A stretch of 64,000 nucleotides of DNA from Prevotella sp. (GTDB lineage Bacteria; Bacteroidota; Bacteroidia; Bacteroidales; Bacteroidaceae): positions 8,051 through 72,050 of the forward strand of contig DMYZ01000231.1 of the NCBI GenBank assembly GCA_003483565.1, in the 5' to 3' direction. Below, in pieces: positions 19,362 through 29,750 of the stretch; the stretch's first letter is position 1; the number at the start of each line of letters is the position of its first letter. The notes under the pieces are model-generated. The model searched no databases. It had not been told where the DNA came from and worked only from the letters and a program-made list of their open reading frames with translations. The position numbers and the translations under genes were made by a program.

Positions 19362-20216
19362 ATGAAAGTATTCAGTAAAATAGTAGATATTCAGAACGAG
19401 TTGTTCGCAATTCGTAAAGAAGGTAAAAAAGCCGTAGGACTTATTCCTACAATGGGTGCCCTTCATGAGGGACATGTTTCTCTTATTAAAAAAAGTGTAA
19501 AGGATAACGATATTACTGTCGTTTCTGTTTTTTTAAATCCTACACAATTTAATGATCAAAAGGATTTGGAGCGTTATCCGCGTGATCTCAAAGCTGATTG
19601 CAAACTAATAGAAGAGTGTGGTGCTGATATAGCATTTGCTCCAAAGGTAGAAGATATATATCCAATGCCTGATATGCGTCATTTTGAGTTTCCGCCTATT
19701 ACAACGGTAATGGAAGGTGCTCATCGTCCTGGACATTTTAATGGGGTTTGTCAGGTTGTCAGCCGCCTTTTTAACATTATTCGTCCTAATCGCGCTTATT
19801 TCGGAGAGAAGGATTGGCAGCAGATTGCTGTTGTCAAGAAGTTGGTAAAATATATAAATTCTGATGTGCAAATTGTAGAGTGTCCTACTGTCCGTGAAGA
19901 AGATGGACTGGCTAAAAGCAGCCGTAATAGCCTTCTTGCTTCTGACGAACGTGCCATTGCTCCTAAGATCTATGAAGCATTGAAGAATAGTGTGGAATAT
20001 GCTAAAACACACACCGTTCAAGAAACTCATGATAAGGTCATTGCCGATATTAATGTTGTCGATGGTCTTGATGTCGAGTATTTTGAAATTGTTGATGGTG
20101 ATACTCTTCAGAATGTGGACAGTTGGGAGGCCTGCTCTTACGTAGTGGGTTGTATTACGGTCAACTGTGGTAAAATACCAATTCGTTTGATAGATCATAT
20201 TACTTATAAAAAATAA
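19362..20216 (+). CDS. panC: pantoate--beta-alanine ligase
   Basis: [44 protein letters not shown]. Confidence 0.97.
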   Translation: MKVFSKIVDIQNELFAIRKEGKKAVGLIPTMGALHEGHVSLIKKSVKDNDITVVSVFLNPTQFNDQKDLERYPRDLKADCKLIEECGADIAFAPKVEDIYPMPDMRHFEFPPITTVMEGAHRPGHFNGVCQVVSRLFNIIRPNRAYFGEKDWQQIAVVKKLVKYINSDVQIVECPTVREEDGLAKSSRNSLLASDERAIAPKIYEALKNSVEYAKTHTVQETHDKVIADINVVDGLDVEYFEIVDGDTLQNVDSWEACSYVVGCITVNCGKIPIRLIDHITYKK

Positions 20217-20239
20217 TAAAATATAAGCAGGTAATTATT

Positions 20240-20587
20240 ATGCAGATCGAAGTCTTGAAATCTAAACTGCATTGTGTTAAAGTCACAGAGGCAAATCTGA
20301 ACTATATGGGCAGTATAACCATTGATGAGGATTTAATGGATGCTGCGGGTTTGATATCTGGTGAGAAGGTTCAGATCGTAGATAATAATAATGGAGAACG
20401 TCTCGAAACTTATGTAATTAAGGGTGAACGTGGCTCTGGATGTATTTGTCTCAATGGTGCTGCAGCACGCAAGGTTCAGATAGGTGATATCGTAATCATT
20501 ATTGCTTATTGTATACTTGATTTTGAGGAAGCCAAGACTTATAAACCAACGATCGTTTTCCCTGCTGATGGAAATAAACTCTATTGA
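20240..20587 (+). CDS. panD: aspartate 1-decarboxylase
   Basis: KSKLH, YMG|SITID cleavage site, [15 protein letters not shown]. Confidence 0.97.
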   Translation: MQIEVLKSKLHCVKVTEANLNYMGSITIDEDLMDAAGLISGEKVQIVDNNNGERLETYVIKGERGSGCICLNGAAARKVQIGDIVIIIAYCILDFEEAKTYKPTIVFPADGNKLY

Positions 20588-20610
20588 TCAATAGAATTTA
20601 TAAATGAATT

Positions 20611-20646
20611 AAAAGGTTGTTTTCCGCATTAGGGGGACAACCTTTT
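20611..20646 (+). terminator. terminator after panD
   Basis: aaaaggttgttttc / gggggacaacctttt hairpin. Confidence 0.7.
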
Positions 20647-20674
20647 CTTATTCCTTAAGAGATGTTCTTAAAAA

Positions 20675-20711
20675 ATAAAGGACTGCTTTATAATCTAAAG
20701 CAGTCCTTTAT
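20675..20711 (-). terminator. terminator after biotin carrier gene
   Basis: ataaaggactgcttta / taaagcagtcctttat inverted repeat. Confidence 0.75.
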
Positions 20712-20736
20712 AAATATATCATTTTTAAGTGTTACT

Positions 20737-21165
20737 CTATTCTATAACAACAAGTGCATCTTCTTCCATAACAGCTTGCCCCAATTTAACGCAGACAGCT
20801 GTTACCTTTCCGTCTTTCTCTGCTTCAATATTATTGGCCATTTTCATAGCTTCAAGAACAACAACAGTATCACCGGCTTTAACTTCCTGGCCAACCTCAA
20901 CATTAATACCTGTTATAGTACCTGGCAGAGGCGCCTTAACGGCATTACCTGAATTGATATTAGCTGCAGAAGAAACATTATTATTGCTTTCTTCTTCTAC
21001 GGTTTTACCTAATACAGGCTTCTTCTTTTCTTCTTTTTCAGGCTTTTCTAGCTGAATTTTGAATTCTTCATCATTAACGGTGATAGAAGCGAGATAATTT
21101 TCATCAATTTCATTGACAGAAACTTTATAGTCTTTTCCGTCAATTGTATATTTGAATTCTTTCAT
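20737..21165 (-). CDS. biotin carboxyl carrier protein (MmdC-like)
   Basis: VKAPLPG...LEAMKM biotinylation motif. Confidence 0.93.
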   Translation of the reverse strand: MKEFKYTIDGKDYKVSVNEIDENYLASITVNDEEFKIQLEKPEKEEKKKPVLGKTVEEESNNNVSSAANINSGNAVKAPLPGTITGINVEVGQEVKAGDTVVVLEAMKMANNIEAEKDGKVTAVCVKLGQAVMEEDALVVIE

Positions 21166-21204
21166 AGAAATCTTCTTTTATGATTAAACGATGTTTTTTC
21201 CCTG

Positions 21205-21354
21205 TTATGGTTTAGGAGTAATACCAAACGCTTTTGCATTCCATTGAGTGCAATGCTGCTTGATGGTAATGATGCCTGATTCTTGATCATGTACATTATT
21301 TCCTTGATATTCATAGATAGCCATAGCAATGGCTGCATATATATTCTTATCCAT
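21205..21354 (-). CDS. 49-aa protein resembling the C-terminal part of OadG/MmdD (delta) subunits
   Basis: Read manually (absent from ORF track): MDKNIYAAIAMAIYEYQGNNVHDQESGIITIKQHCTQWNAKAFGITPKP; lies between carboxyltransferase and biotin carrier. Confidence 0.75.
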   Translation of the reverse strand: MDKNIYAAIAMAIYEYQGNNVHDQESGIITIKQHCTQWNAKAFGITPKP

Positions 21355-21368
21355 ATTCTTTTAATTAA

Positions 21369-22934
21369 TTACATTGGCATGCAACCGTGTTTTTTTGCAG
21401 GAAGAGTCTGGCGCTTAGTTTGCAATTGAGCCAGACCACGACAAATCCGGAAACGGGTATTTCTTGGTTCGATGACATCGTCAATATAGCCAAATTGTGC
21501 AGCTTGATAAGGATTAGCAAACTTTTCTGTATATTCATCTTCTTTTTCAGCGAGGAATGCCTTGACGTCACCACCTTCTTCTTTAATTTTCTTGGCTTCC
21601 TTTCCACACAGGATAGCAACAGCACCACTGCCTCCCATTACAGCGATCTCTGCAGATGGCCATGCAAAGTTAAGGTCAGCACGCAACTGCTTACACCCCA
21701 TCACAATATGGCTGCCACCATAGCTCTTGCGCAGAGTGACTGTAATCTTTGGTACAGTTGCTTCTCCATACGCGTAAAGCAATTGAGCACCATGCTGGAT
21801 AACTGCATTGTATTCCTGACCTGTTCCTGGAAGAAATCCTGGTACGTCAACGAGTGAAACGATAGGAATGTTAAATGCATCGCAGAAACGAACAAAGCGA
21901 GCTCCCTTGCGGCTTGCATTTACATCAAGGACCCCTGCATATGCCATAGGTTGGTTAGCTACAATACCTACACTTTGGCCATTGAAGTGAGCGAAACCTG
22001 TAATAATGTTTTTAGCAAATTTAGGTTGGACCTCAAAGAATTCACTATGATCAGTAACAGCAGCAATGACTTTATACATATCATAAGCCTGATTAGGATC
22101 TTCAGGAATGATTTCATTCAGACTGTCATCCATACGGTTGATAGAATCATTGCATTCTGTACGTGGAGCTTCTTCCATATTATTGGATGGAAGATAAGAA
22201 AGCAGCGTTTTGATTAATTCAAGGGCTTCTTCTTCTGTCTTTGCTGTAAAGTGGGTAACACCACTCTTGGATGCGTGAACAGATGCACCTCCTAGATGTT
22301 CTGCATCTATTTCCTCGCCGGTAACGGTCTTTACGACTTTAGGGCCAGTCAGGAACATATATGATGTACCTTCAGTCATAACGATAAAGTCTGTCAAGGC
22401 AGGGGAGTAAACAGCACCACCTGCGCACGGGCCCATAATAGCTGAAATTTGAGGAATAACACCACTGGCAAGGATGTTACGCTCAAAGATCTCTCCATAA
22501 CCGGCAAGTGCAGAAATTCCTTCCTGAATACGGGCACCACCAGAGTCATTCATGCAAATAACAGGAGCTCCCATCTTCATAGCCATATCCATAATCTTAC
22601 AGATTTTTTGTGCCATGGTTTCTGAAAGAGAACCACCATTAACGGTGAAGTCCTGAGCATAGACATATACAAGGCGGCCAGAAATGGTTGCAGAACCGGC
22701 AACGACACCATCACCAAGGAATTGTTTCTTTTCCATGCCGAAATTATGACACCGATGGAGCTTGAACATGTCATACTCCTCAAAGCTTCCTTCGTCTACA
22801 AGCATTTCTATGCGTTCGCGAGCTGTATATTTGCCACGAGAGTGCTGTTTGTCTATAGCTTTCTGACCACCACCAAGCCGAGCCTGTTCGCGCTTTGCGA
22901 TCAGTTCTTTTATTTTTTCTACTTGTTTGCTCAT
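21369..22934 (-). CDS. mmdA: acyl-CoA carboxyltransferase (methylmalonyl-CoA decarboxylase alpha / PccB family)
   Basis: QDFTVNGGSL, DSGGARIQEG, GPCAGGAVYSPA, VDVPGFLPG, C-terminal KKHGCMPM. Confidence 0.88.
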   Translation of the reverse strand: MSKQVEKIKELIAKREQARLGGGQKAIDKQHSRGKYTARERIEMLVDEGSFEEYDMFKLHRCHNFGMEKKQFLGDGVVAGSATISGRLVYVYAQDFTVNGGSLSETMAQKICKIMDMAMKMGAPVICMNDSGGARIQEGISALAGYGEIFERNILASGVIPQISAIMGPCAGGAVYSPALTDFIVMTEGTSYMFLTGPKVVKTVTGEEIDAEHLGGASVHASKSGVTHFTAKTEEEALELIKTLLSYLPSNNMEEAPRTECNDSINRMDDSLNEIIPEDPNQAYDMYKVIAAVTDHSEFFEVQPKFAKNIITGFAHFNGQSVGIVANQPMAYAGVLDVNASRKGARFVRFCDAFNIPIVSLVDVPGFLPGTGQEYNAVIQHGAQLLYAYGEATVPKITVTLRKSYGGSHIVMGCKQLRADLNFAWPSAEIAVMGGSGAVAILCGKEAKKIKEEGGDVKAFLAEKEDEYTEKFANPYQAAQFGYIDDVIEPRNTRFRICRGLAQLQTKRQTLPAKKHGCMPM

Positions 22935-23110
22935 AATATGTTTTATATGATTCTTGTTTCTTTTATTATTTCCTTATTGCAATTTATCTTTGCAAAGGTA
23001 CTAATTTTTGCTTATATAGAAAATATTATGCGGTTAAATATCATCAATTTGAATAAGCTGTTCCTTATATTTGTTTATTATAGTTGTAGTGAAAAAATCT
23101 TTATTGGATA

Positions 23111-25507
23111 TTAGAAGTCAAAGACCAATCGTCCATTAAGTTGCCGTCCGGTAAGGTAATTTGGTACTGCATATTGCTGGTTGGTAACATCTGTTATCCA
23201 GAAATAACTGTTGACATTGCTGATGCCAAAAAGATTAAGGCAATCAAGACTAAGCCAGATGCTCTTGAAGATATTTTTCTTTTCATGATTGCTATTATTA
23301 AGGAGACAATAGCTTATGCCCAGGTCAACTCTCTTATAAGCTGGAGCTCTAAAACTATTACGTTCAAATTCCTGATGGGGAGCTGAGAAGGGCAGTCCGT
23401 CAGCGTAGGCAAGCTTTAGGCCAACTTTCCATCGATCGGTTCCCGGAAAGTAATCAGTGAAAAAGAGGTTAAAGGAAAATTTCTGATCTGTTGGCAGAGG
23501 CATGGTTTTACCATTAAACTTCATCTGAGTATTCATCAGAGAAAAACTCAGCCAGCTGTCTGTATTTGGCACAAATTCACCGTAAAGCTTCATATCAATA
23601 CCCATAGCATGACCAGTAGCTTTGTTATCGCCATAATAAATCACCTGAACATTATTAATAGAATATGGAATGAGATTTCTTAAGGCTTTATAATATGCTT
23701 CAGATGAAAAGCGAAATCTTTGATTGTTCATCTGAAAACGATAATCATAGCCAAGGATAAGCTGCAGGCTCTGTTGGCTTTTGATCTTATTGTTTAGTGA
23801 TACATTAGTAATCCCGTTTACGGTAGATGTATCCCGAAGTTCCTTAAAAAATGGGGCTTGATAGTAAAGACCACCTGCGATACGAAAAGTCGTGTTTTCA
23901 CTATAGGGGGGAATGATGCCAATAGAGATACGGGGACTTATGATCGTTTCTTTATTAAAGTTCCAGTGACTCATGCGAATGCCATAATTTAAGGTAAAGT
24001 GGGTATGCTCACCTTGACTGGCAAAATGGTAAGTATCTTGTGCATAAGCTTCTATTCTATTTGCATCCAGGGTGTTGCTTGCCTTAAGTGAATAAATCAT
24101 ATAAAGGTCTTGGCCTGTATGAGGAATGCTGTAGCCTGAAGAATCACGCATTTCATATTCATCAGACTGTTCTTCTATATGTTCCTTTTTAAAAGTAATT
24201 CCTACTTCAGCTTCATGTTGTTTATTCTTGTGCTTGAGCATAAATTTAGTGCTCAGAACTCTTGCTGTAAGATAGTTACGAGCATGCTGAAAATAAGTTC
24301 CAACACCAAGATTTTCAGAGGTTTCAGTCTGGTCTAGCCAGTATTGTCCCTGGATATCATATTTTTCTTGTTCTTTGGTGTAGAAACCACTGCCGATAAG
24401 AGACAAAGAAGTATTCTTATTTAGATTGCGAGTAATGCCTATTGTGCCGAAATAAGTAAGAAATCGGTCTTTTTCCTGTCCATCAAAATAGACCTTAAAA
24501 CTTTTTACGTTTTCAAGAGTGCCAAAAGACGTTTCACGGGTTTTAGGAATAAAGTTGTAGTGATTGTCGTTGATGTTTCCTATGAAGTCAATATTCCATT
24601 GGGTATTTGGATGATAGTTTAAATAGGTCTGATAATCGAGAAAGTTAGGATGGTATTCGCCATTAGTTTCCAGGCTACTGAGGAGATTCTTGTTTGTCTT
24701 GTATCTAATGGAGTTTAGCCAGCTTACCTTTTTATTGGCTATACCTACGTAGGCTTCAGCACCCAGCAAAGATGCAGCAATATTTCCTTCAAAAATAGAT
24801 TTATTTCCAGCTTTAGGTTCTAAGTCCTTATATGTAATATCTAATGCAGAACTCATTTTATCTCCATATTTAGCTGCGAAGCCTCCCGTTGAAAATTTTA
24901 TTTTGTCTACCATGTAAGGATTAATAATACTTAGGCCTTCTTGCTGACCTGAACGAACGAGGAATGGACGATATATTTCTACATTGTTGATATAAACGAG
25001 ATTTTCATCGAAGGCACCACCACGCACATTATATTGAGAAGAAAGTTCCGAATGAGTGGAAACACCAGCCTGTGACTGAACAAGGGCTTCTATGGCATTG
25101 CCATTGGCTGATGCCATCGTTTTCATATCTTTGGTTTTCAACTCCTGATTTTGTCCGGTCTGGATATGTTCGCCTTCTACTTTTACTTCATCCAAAGTGT
25201 TATCAGAGTAGAGCATGATCTGGAGCATTTGCCTTCCACGCGGATGCTGTAATACGCGAGTCTTGGTCTTATATCCCACCATAGAAAAACGGATTATAAC
25301 AGAATCAGAAGAGTGAAGTTGAAGCGTGTATTCTCCTTCCAATGAGGTCATCGTAAACTTGCCTTGTTTCGCGCATGAGACCATAGCAAGTTCTACAGGA
25401 TTCATATTTTGATCCATGACCTTACCTCGTAAGGTGAATGACTGGGCCATGATATTTATAGTCATAGTCCAGCCTAGCATAATCAACAGTAATCTTTTTA
25501 TTTCCAT
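23111..25507 (-). CDS. TonB-dependent receptor-like outer membrane protein
   Basis: Signal peptide, N-terminal carboxypeptidase-regulatory-like domain, plug YNVRGG...ENLVYIN, GGFAAKYGDKMSS, terminal F. Confidence 0.9.
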   Translation of the reverse strand: MEIKRLLLIMLGWTMTINIMAQSFTLRGKVMDQNMNPVELAMVSCAKQGKFTMTSLEGEYTLQLHSSDSVIIRFSMVGYKTKTRVLQHPRGRQMLQIMLYSDNTLDEVKVEGEHIQTGQNQELKTKDMKTMASANGNAIEALVQSQAGVSTHSELSSQYNVRGGAFDENLVYINNVEIYRPFLVRSGQQEGLSIINPYMVDKIKFSTGGFAAKYGDKMSSALDITYKDLEPKAGNKSIFEGNIAASLLGAEAYVGIANKKVSWLNSIRYKTNKNLLSSLETNGEYHPNFLDYQTYLNYHPNTQWNIDFIGNINDNHYNFIPKTRETSFGTLENVKSFKVYFDGQEKDRFLTYFGTIGITRNLNKNTSLSLIGSGFYTKEQEKYDIQGQYWLDQTETSENLGVGTYFQHARNYLTARVLSTKFMLKHKNKQHEAEVGITFKKEHIEEQSDEYEMRDSSGYSIPHTGQDLYMIYSLKASNTLDANRIEAYAQDTYHFASQGEHTHFTLNYGIRMSHWNFNKETIISPRISIGIIPPYSENTTFRIAGGLYYQAPFFKELRDTSTVNGITNVSLNNKIKSQQSLQLILGYDYRFQMNNQRFRFSSEAYYKALRNLIPYSINNVQVIYYGDNKATGHAMGIDMKLYGEFVPNTDSWLSFSLMNTQMKFNGKTMPLPTDQKFSFNLFFTDYFPGTDRWKVGLKLAYADGLPFSAPHQEFERNSFRAPAYKRVDLGISYCLLNNSNHEKKNIFKSIWLSLDCLNLFGISNVNSYFWITDVTNQQYAVPNYLTGRQLNGRLVFDF

Positions 25508-25604
25508 TTTCTTTTTAACGGAAATAAAAATAAAATATTATATTTGTTAATCAGGTATACATTGTATGCAAACATATCATTGATTATAAAATATACTTTT
25601 TATG

Positions 25605-27830
25605 TTATAGTCTTGTTATTTGTTTTACCCCTTTTACTGTATTTAATTTTTTTATAAGAGAATTGAGTTTACTTGTGTCGTCAAGCAGAACTACAACAGT
25701 TCCCGAAAAAAGTCCATCGTTGGATTCAATGCGTATGCTTCGCATAGAAAGTTTATCTTCTTTCGCTATAATATTAGTAATATTACTTACTATGCCGATA
25801 TCATCATTGCCAATGATACGCAAAGCTATTGAATAAAGACTTCCGCCTTTACCACTCCATTTAGCTTTGACAATACGATAGCCAAAGCGACGGCGCAGTT
25901 CTGGAGCATTAGGACAATCTTGTCGGTGGATAGTGATGCCACCACTTACGGTAACAAAACCGAAGACAGGATCGCCATAAATGGGATGACAACAATTTGC
26001 CAATTTATAATCTATACCCTTTAGGTTCTCGTCAATAGTAAGCACATCCTCATTATTTTTGAGAATTTCTTCGTCAGGATTGTCATATTCAAACTTTTCA
26101 GCACTGACAGTAGCAACGGCTTCATTGGTGTTCTCTTTGTGGTCGCGGAGTTCTATATAGCGATCTATAATGGTATTAGCATCAAGTTTTTCATCGGCGA
26201 CATCTTTGTAGAAATCGGATATCTCTTTATATCCCATCTTCTTGACAAGCAAAGCCATTGTACCTTCTTCAAATTCGATTTTTTTATTCTTAAATCTACG
26301 TTCTAATAGCTCTTTTGCAAAAATACCGTTTTTTTTCTGTGTCTCTTTCAAGGCTAGGCGAATTTTTGCTTTTGCCTTGCTTGTCTTCACAATATGAAGC
26401 CATTCCTCCTTAGGTTTCTGTGAATTTTGAGTTATAATTTCAATGGTATCACCAGAATGAAGTTCTGTGCGGAAACTTACAGCTTTGCCATTTACTTTAC
26501 CTCCCGTACAGGTGTTCCCTATGTTAGAGTGGATATAGTAAGCTAGATCAAGAATTGTTGATCCCTTGGGGAATTTTAATAAGTCACCTTTGGGAGTAAA
26601 AACATATACTTCATCCTCATACAAATCAAGCTTGAATTGGTCCATCAATTGCAAATCGTCATTATTTTCAAGAGCTGAACGGATACTAGCTAACCAGTTG
26701 TCAATACCACCTTCACTCTTAATGCCTTTATATCTCCAATGGGCAGCAAGACCATGCTCTGCAATTTCATCCATTCTGGTTGTGCGAATTTGGCACTCAA
26801 CCCATTTCTTTTCAGGTCCGAGAACAGTGATATGCAAACTTTCGTAGCCATTGCTTTTCGGCACGGATAGCCAGTCGCGTAATCGTTTTGGATTAGGTTG
26901 ATACATATCTGTGATAATGGAGTACACCTGCCAGCATTGCATTTTTTCTTTCTCCAATGGCGAATCAAGAATTATTCGGATGGCAAAGAGATCATAGATA
27001 CCTTCAAAGCCACATTTCTGCTTTTTCATCTTTTGCCATATCGAGTGTATGCTCTTGGTCCGGCCTTTAATATGAAATTTTAAACCAGTTGCCTCAAGTT
27101 TTGTCTTTACTGGATTGATAAAACTATCAATATAGGCATCACGAGCCGTTTTTGTGGCATTTAGTTTATCCTTGATCATATAGTAGGCATCATGCTCCAG
27201 GTATTTGAGTGAAAGATCTTCGAGCTCACTTTTCAGAGTATATAAACCTAGTTTATGTGCGAGTGGAGCATAGAGATAACTGGCTTCTTCTGCAACTTTT
27301 TGACGAGCTTCGATGGCCTTTGTGTCGCGAATCTGTCGCATGACATTCACACGGTCGGCAATCATAATCAATATTACGCGCATATCCTCAGAAAAGGAAA
27401 TAAGCAAGTTGCGAAAGTTGTCACTTTCAATGACTGGATTCTTCTTATACAAGTCATGAATACGTACCAGGCCCCGGATAATATGCGCAACACCATCACC
27501 AAATTTCTTTTGCATTTCTTCTACTGTCGCATAGCCGTTAACAATGCTGTTGTAGAGTAAGATGGATATTACGGAATCACGTTTTAGATTGATTTCGTCA
27601 ACAGCGATCTGAGCTGTCTGCAAGGCATGAAGAATAGGGTTGAGATTAAAGACATCTCTTTGAAATTGTCCTCTCTCTAAACCTTCGTGTATGTGTAATT
27701 GAAGTTTTGTGACATCGTCTGGTTGAAGATAGTCTTTTATTACTTCTTTTATATGTTTAAGAATCTCGAAACTTTCTTCTTGTTCCCCTGGGGTAAATTC
27801 GAATTTTGTATTTTTCTCCTCGTTTAGCAT
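25605..27830 (-). CDS. relA: RelA/SpoT family (p)ppGpp synthetase
   Basis: ADRVNVMR, YAPLAHKLG, GRTKSIHSI, DLFAIR, PKSNGYESLH, ECQIRT; TGS, CC-H-C and ACT domains. Confidence 0.93.
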   Translation of the reverse strand: MLNEEKNTKFEFTPGEQEESFEILKHIKEVIKDYLQPDDVTKLQLHIHEGLERGQFQRDVFNLNPILHALQTAQIAVDEINLKRDSVISILLYNSIVNGYATVEEMQKKFGDGVAHIIRGLVRIHDLYKKNPVIESDNFRNLLISFSEDMRVILIMIADRVNVMRQIRDTKAIEARQKVAEEASYLYAPLAHKLGLYTLKSELEDLSLKYLEHDAYYMIKDKLNATKTARDAYIDSFINPVKTKLEATGLKFHIKGRTKSIHSIWQKMKKQKCGFEGIYDLFAIRIILDSPLEKEKMQCWQVYSIITDMYQPNPKRLRDWLSVPKSNGYESLHITVLGPEKKWVECQIRTTRMDEIAEHGLAAHWRYKGIKSEGGIDNWLASIRSALENNDDLQLMDQFKLDLYEDEVYVFTPKGDLLKFPKGSTILDLAYYIHSNIGNTCTGGKVNGKAVSFRTELHSGDTIEIITQNSQKPKEEWLHIVKTSKAKAKIRLALKETQKKNGIFAKELLERRFKNKKIEFEEGTMALLVKKMGYKEISDFYKDVADEKLDANTIIDRYIELRDHKENTNEAVATVSAEKFEYDNPDEEILKNNEDVLTIDENLKGIDYKLANCCHPIYGDPVFGFVTVSGGITIHRQDCPNAPELRRRFGYRIVKAKWSGKGGSLYSIALRIIGNDDIGIVSNITNIIAKEDKLSMRSIRIESNDGLFSGTVVVLLDDTSKLNSLIKKLNTVKGVKQITRL

Positions 27831-28006
27831 AGGCCGAAAATTTTATTCATTTCGACAAAATTACGTATTTTTTCCGAAATATAGTCATGTTCAAAGATAA
27901 ATAAAGATATATTCACCTTTTTTCTTGTTCTGTTTCCTAAAAAAATATTATATTTGTATCATAATATTTTCTATGATTAATGGAGTAAATTACTAAATAT
28001 AGATAT

Positions 28007-29533
28007 ATGAATCAAAAAGATCTAAATCAAATTACCGAAAGGGGTATTTCTCAAGAGAAGTTCGAACATCAGTTGGAGCAGTTCAAGACAGGTTTTCCTT
28101 TCTTGAAATTAGAGGAACCTGCTGCTGTGGGGAAAGGCATAATCTCCCTTACAGAGGAAGAACAGAAAATATATATTCAAATTTGGAATGATTATAAGGC
28201 AGTGGGGCATTGTATAACGAAGTTCGTACCTGCATCAGGTGCCGCTAGTCGTATGTTCAAGAATTTATTTGCCTTCCTTAGTGCTGATTATGATGTGCCT
28301 ACAACGGACTTTGAAAAGCTGTTTTTTGAAAAGATCACTAAATTTGCCTTTCGCCATGCGCTTTGTAATAAATGTAAGCAAAATACAGGCAAAAGTATAA
28401 AGGAACTTATTGCTGCAGGCCAATATAAAGAAGTTGTAGCAAATTTGCTTGAACCAAAAGGACTGAATTATGGTCAACTTCCTAAAGGTTTATTGCTGTT
28501 TCATGAATATAATGAGGATGAAATTCGCACCCCAATGGAGGAACATCTTGTTGAGGCAGCTCTTTATGCTAGTTCTAATGGAGAAGCAAATATACATTAT
28601 ACGGTAAGTCATGACCATTTAGCTCTTTTTGAGAAGATTGTGGAAGAAAAAGTGCCAGTATATGAGAAAAAGTTTGGTATTAAATATAACATCTCTTTTT
28701 CTGAACAAAAAACAAGTACGGATACTCCTGCTGTTAATTTGGATAATACGCCATTCCGGAATGAAGATGGCACTTTGTTATTCCGTCCAGGAGGGCATGG
28801 AGCCTTGATAGAGAATTTGAATGCTATAGATGCCGATGTTGTTTTTATTAAAAATATTGATAATGTAGTGCCTGATCGTCTGAAGGGTGATACGGTCACT
28901 TGGAAGCAAGTTATTGCTGGCGTACTTGTTAAAATGCAGAAACAGGCATTCGAATATCTTAAGATACTTGATAGTGGTTCTTATTCTCATCTTAAATTGG
29001 AAGAGATTATTCGTTTTCTCCAGCGTGATCTCTGTTGCCGTAAATCGGATATCAAGGAGCTTGAGGATGCTGAACTTGTTATTTATCTTCGTTCTAAGTT
29101 GAATCGTCCGATGCGTGTGTGCGGGGTGGTCAAGAATGTGGGAGAACCTGGAGGTGGTCCTTTCCTTACTTATGATCAAGAGGGCACTGTCAGTCTTCAA
29201 ATTCTAGAGTCTTCTCAGATTGACCAGAAGAATGCAAAGTATGTTTCTATGTTCAATAATGGTACTCATTTTAACCCTGTTGATCTTGTATGTGCTACGA
29301 AAGACTATAAGGGGCAACCTTTTGATTTACCTAAATTTGTTGATGAGACAACAGGATTTATCAGCAGTAAAAGTAAAAATGGAAAGCAGCTTAAAGCTTT
29401 GGAATTGCCAGGTTTATGGAATGGGGGAATGAGTAATTGGAATACAATATTTGTTGAAGTTCCTTTAAGTACGTTCAATCCTGTAAAAACGGTTAATGAT
29501 CTTCTTCGTAATACTCATCAGGCAAGAGCTTAA
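28007..29533 (+). CDS. DUF4301 family protein
   Basis: KFVPASGAASRMFK, RPGGHGAL, IKNIDNV, GEPGGGPF, THFNPVD, ELPGLWNG, FNPVKT. Confidence 0.88.
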   Translation: MNQKDLNQITERGISQEKFEHQLEQFKTGFPFLKLEEPAAVGKGIISLTEEEQKIYIQIWNDYKAVGHCITKFVPASGAASRMFKNLFAFLSADYDVPTTDFEKLFFEKITKFAFRHALCNKCKQNTGKSIKELIAAGQYKEVVANLLEPKGLNYGQLPKGLLLFHEYNEDEIRTPMEEHLVEAALYASSNGEANIHYTVSHDHLALFEKIVEEKVPVYEKKFGIKYNISFSEQKTSTDTPAVNLDNTPFRNEDGTLLFRPGGHGALIENLNAIDADVVFIKNIDNVVPDRLKGDTVTWKQVIAGVLVKMQKQAFEYLKILDSGSYSHLKLEEIIRFLQRDLCCRKSDIKELEDAELVIYLRSKLNRPMRVCGVVKNVGEPGGGPFLTYDQEGTVSLQILESSQIDQKNAKYVSMFNNGTHFNPVDLVCATKDYKGQPFDLPKFVDETTGFISSKSKNGKQLKALELPGLWNGGMSNWNTIFVEVPLSTFNPVKTVNDLLRNTHQARA

Positions 29534-29550
29534 AAAACAAGAATAAATGG

Positions 29551-29589
29551 AAAAGGCGGTTTGCAATTTTTGTTGTGGACCGCCTTTTT
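29551..29589 (+). terminator. terminator after DUF4301 gene
   Basis: aaaaggcggtt / gaccgcctttt hairpin followed by T-rich tract. Confidence 0.7.
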
Positions 29590-29714
29590 GTTGTTTACAT
29601 GTTGCTTCTAGTGATGCTCGTCTGATGACAATTTGTCTGTTTTTTTGTTCTTCATTGAAAATGTTGGTTATAAACAAAAAAAACACAAAAAGTGGAATTT
29701 TATCCCTAAAAAGA

Positions 29715-29745
29715 TTTGTTGGGTCAGAATTAAATAGTATCTTTG
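29715..29745 (+). promoter_or_regulatory. consensus Bacteroidetes promoter
   Basis: -33 TTTG (29715-29718), 19-nt spacer, -7 TATCTTTG (29738-29745). Confidence 0.75.
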
Positions 29746-29750
29746 CAAGA

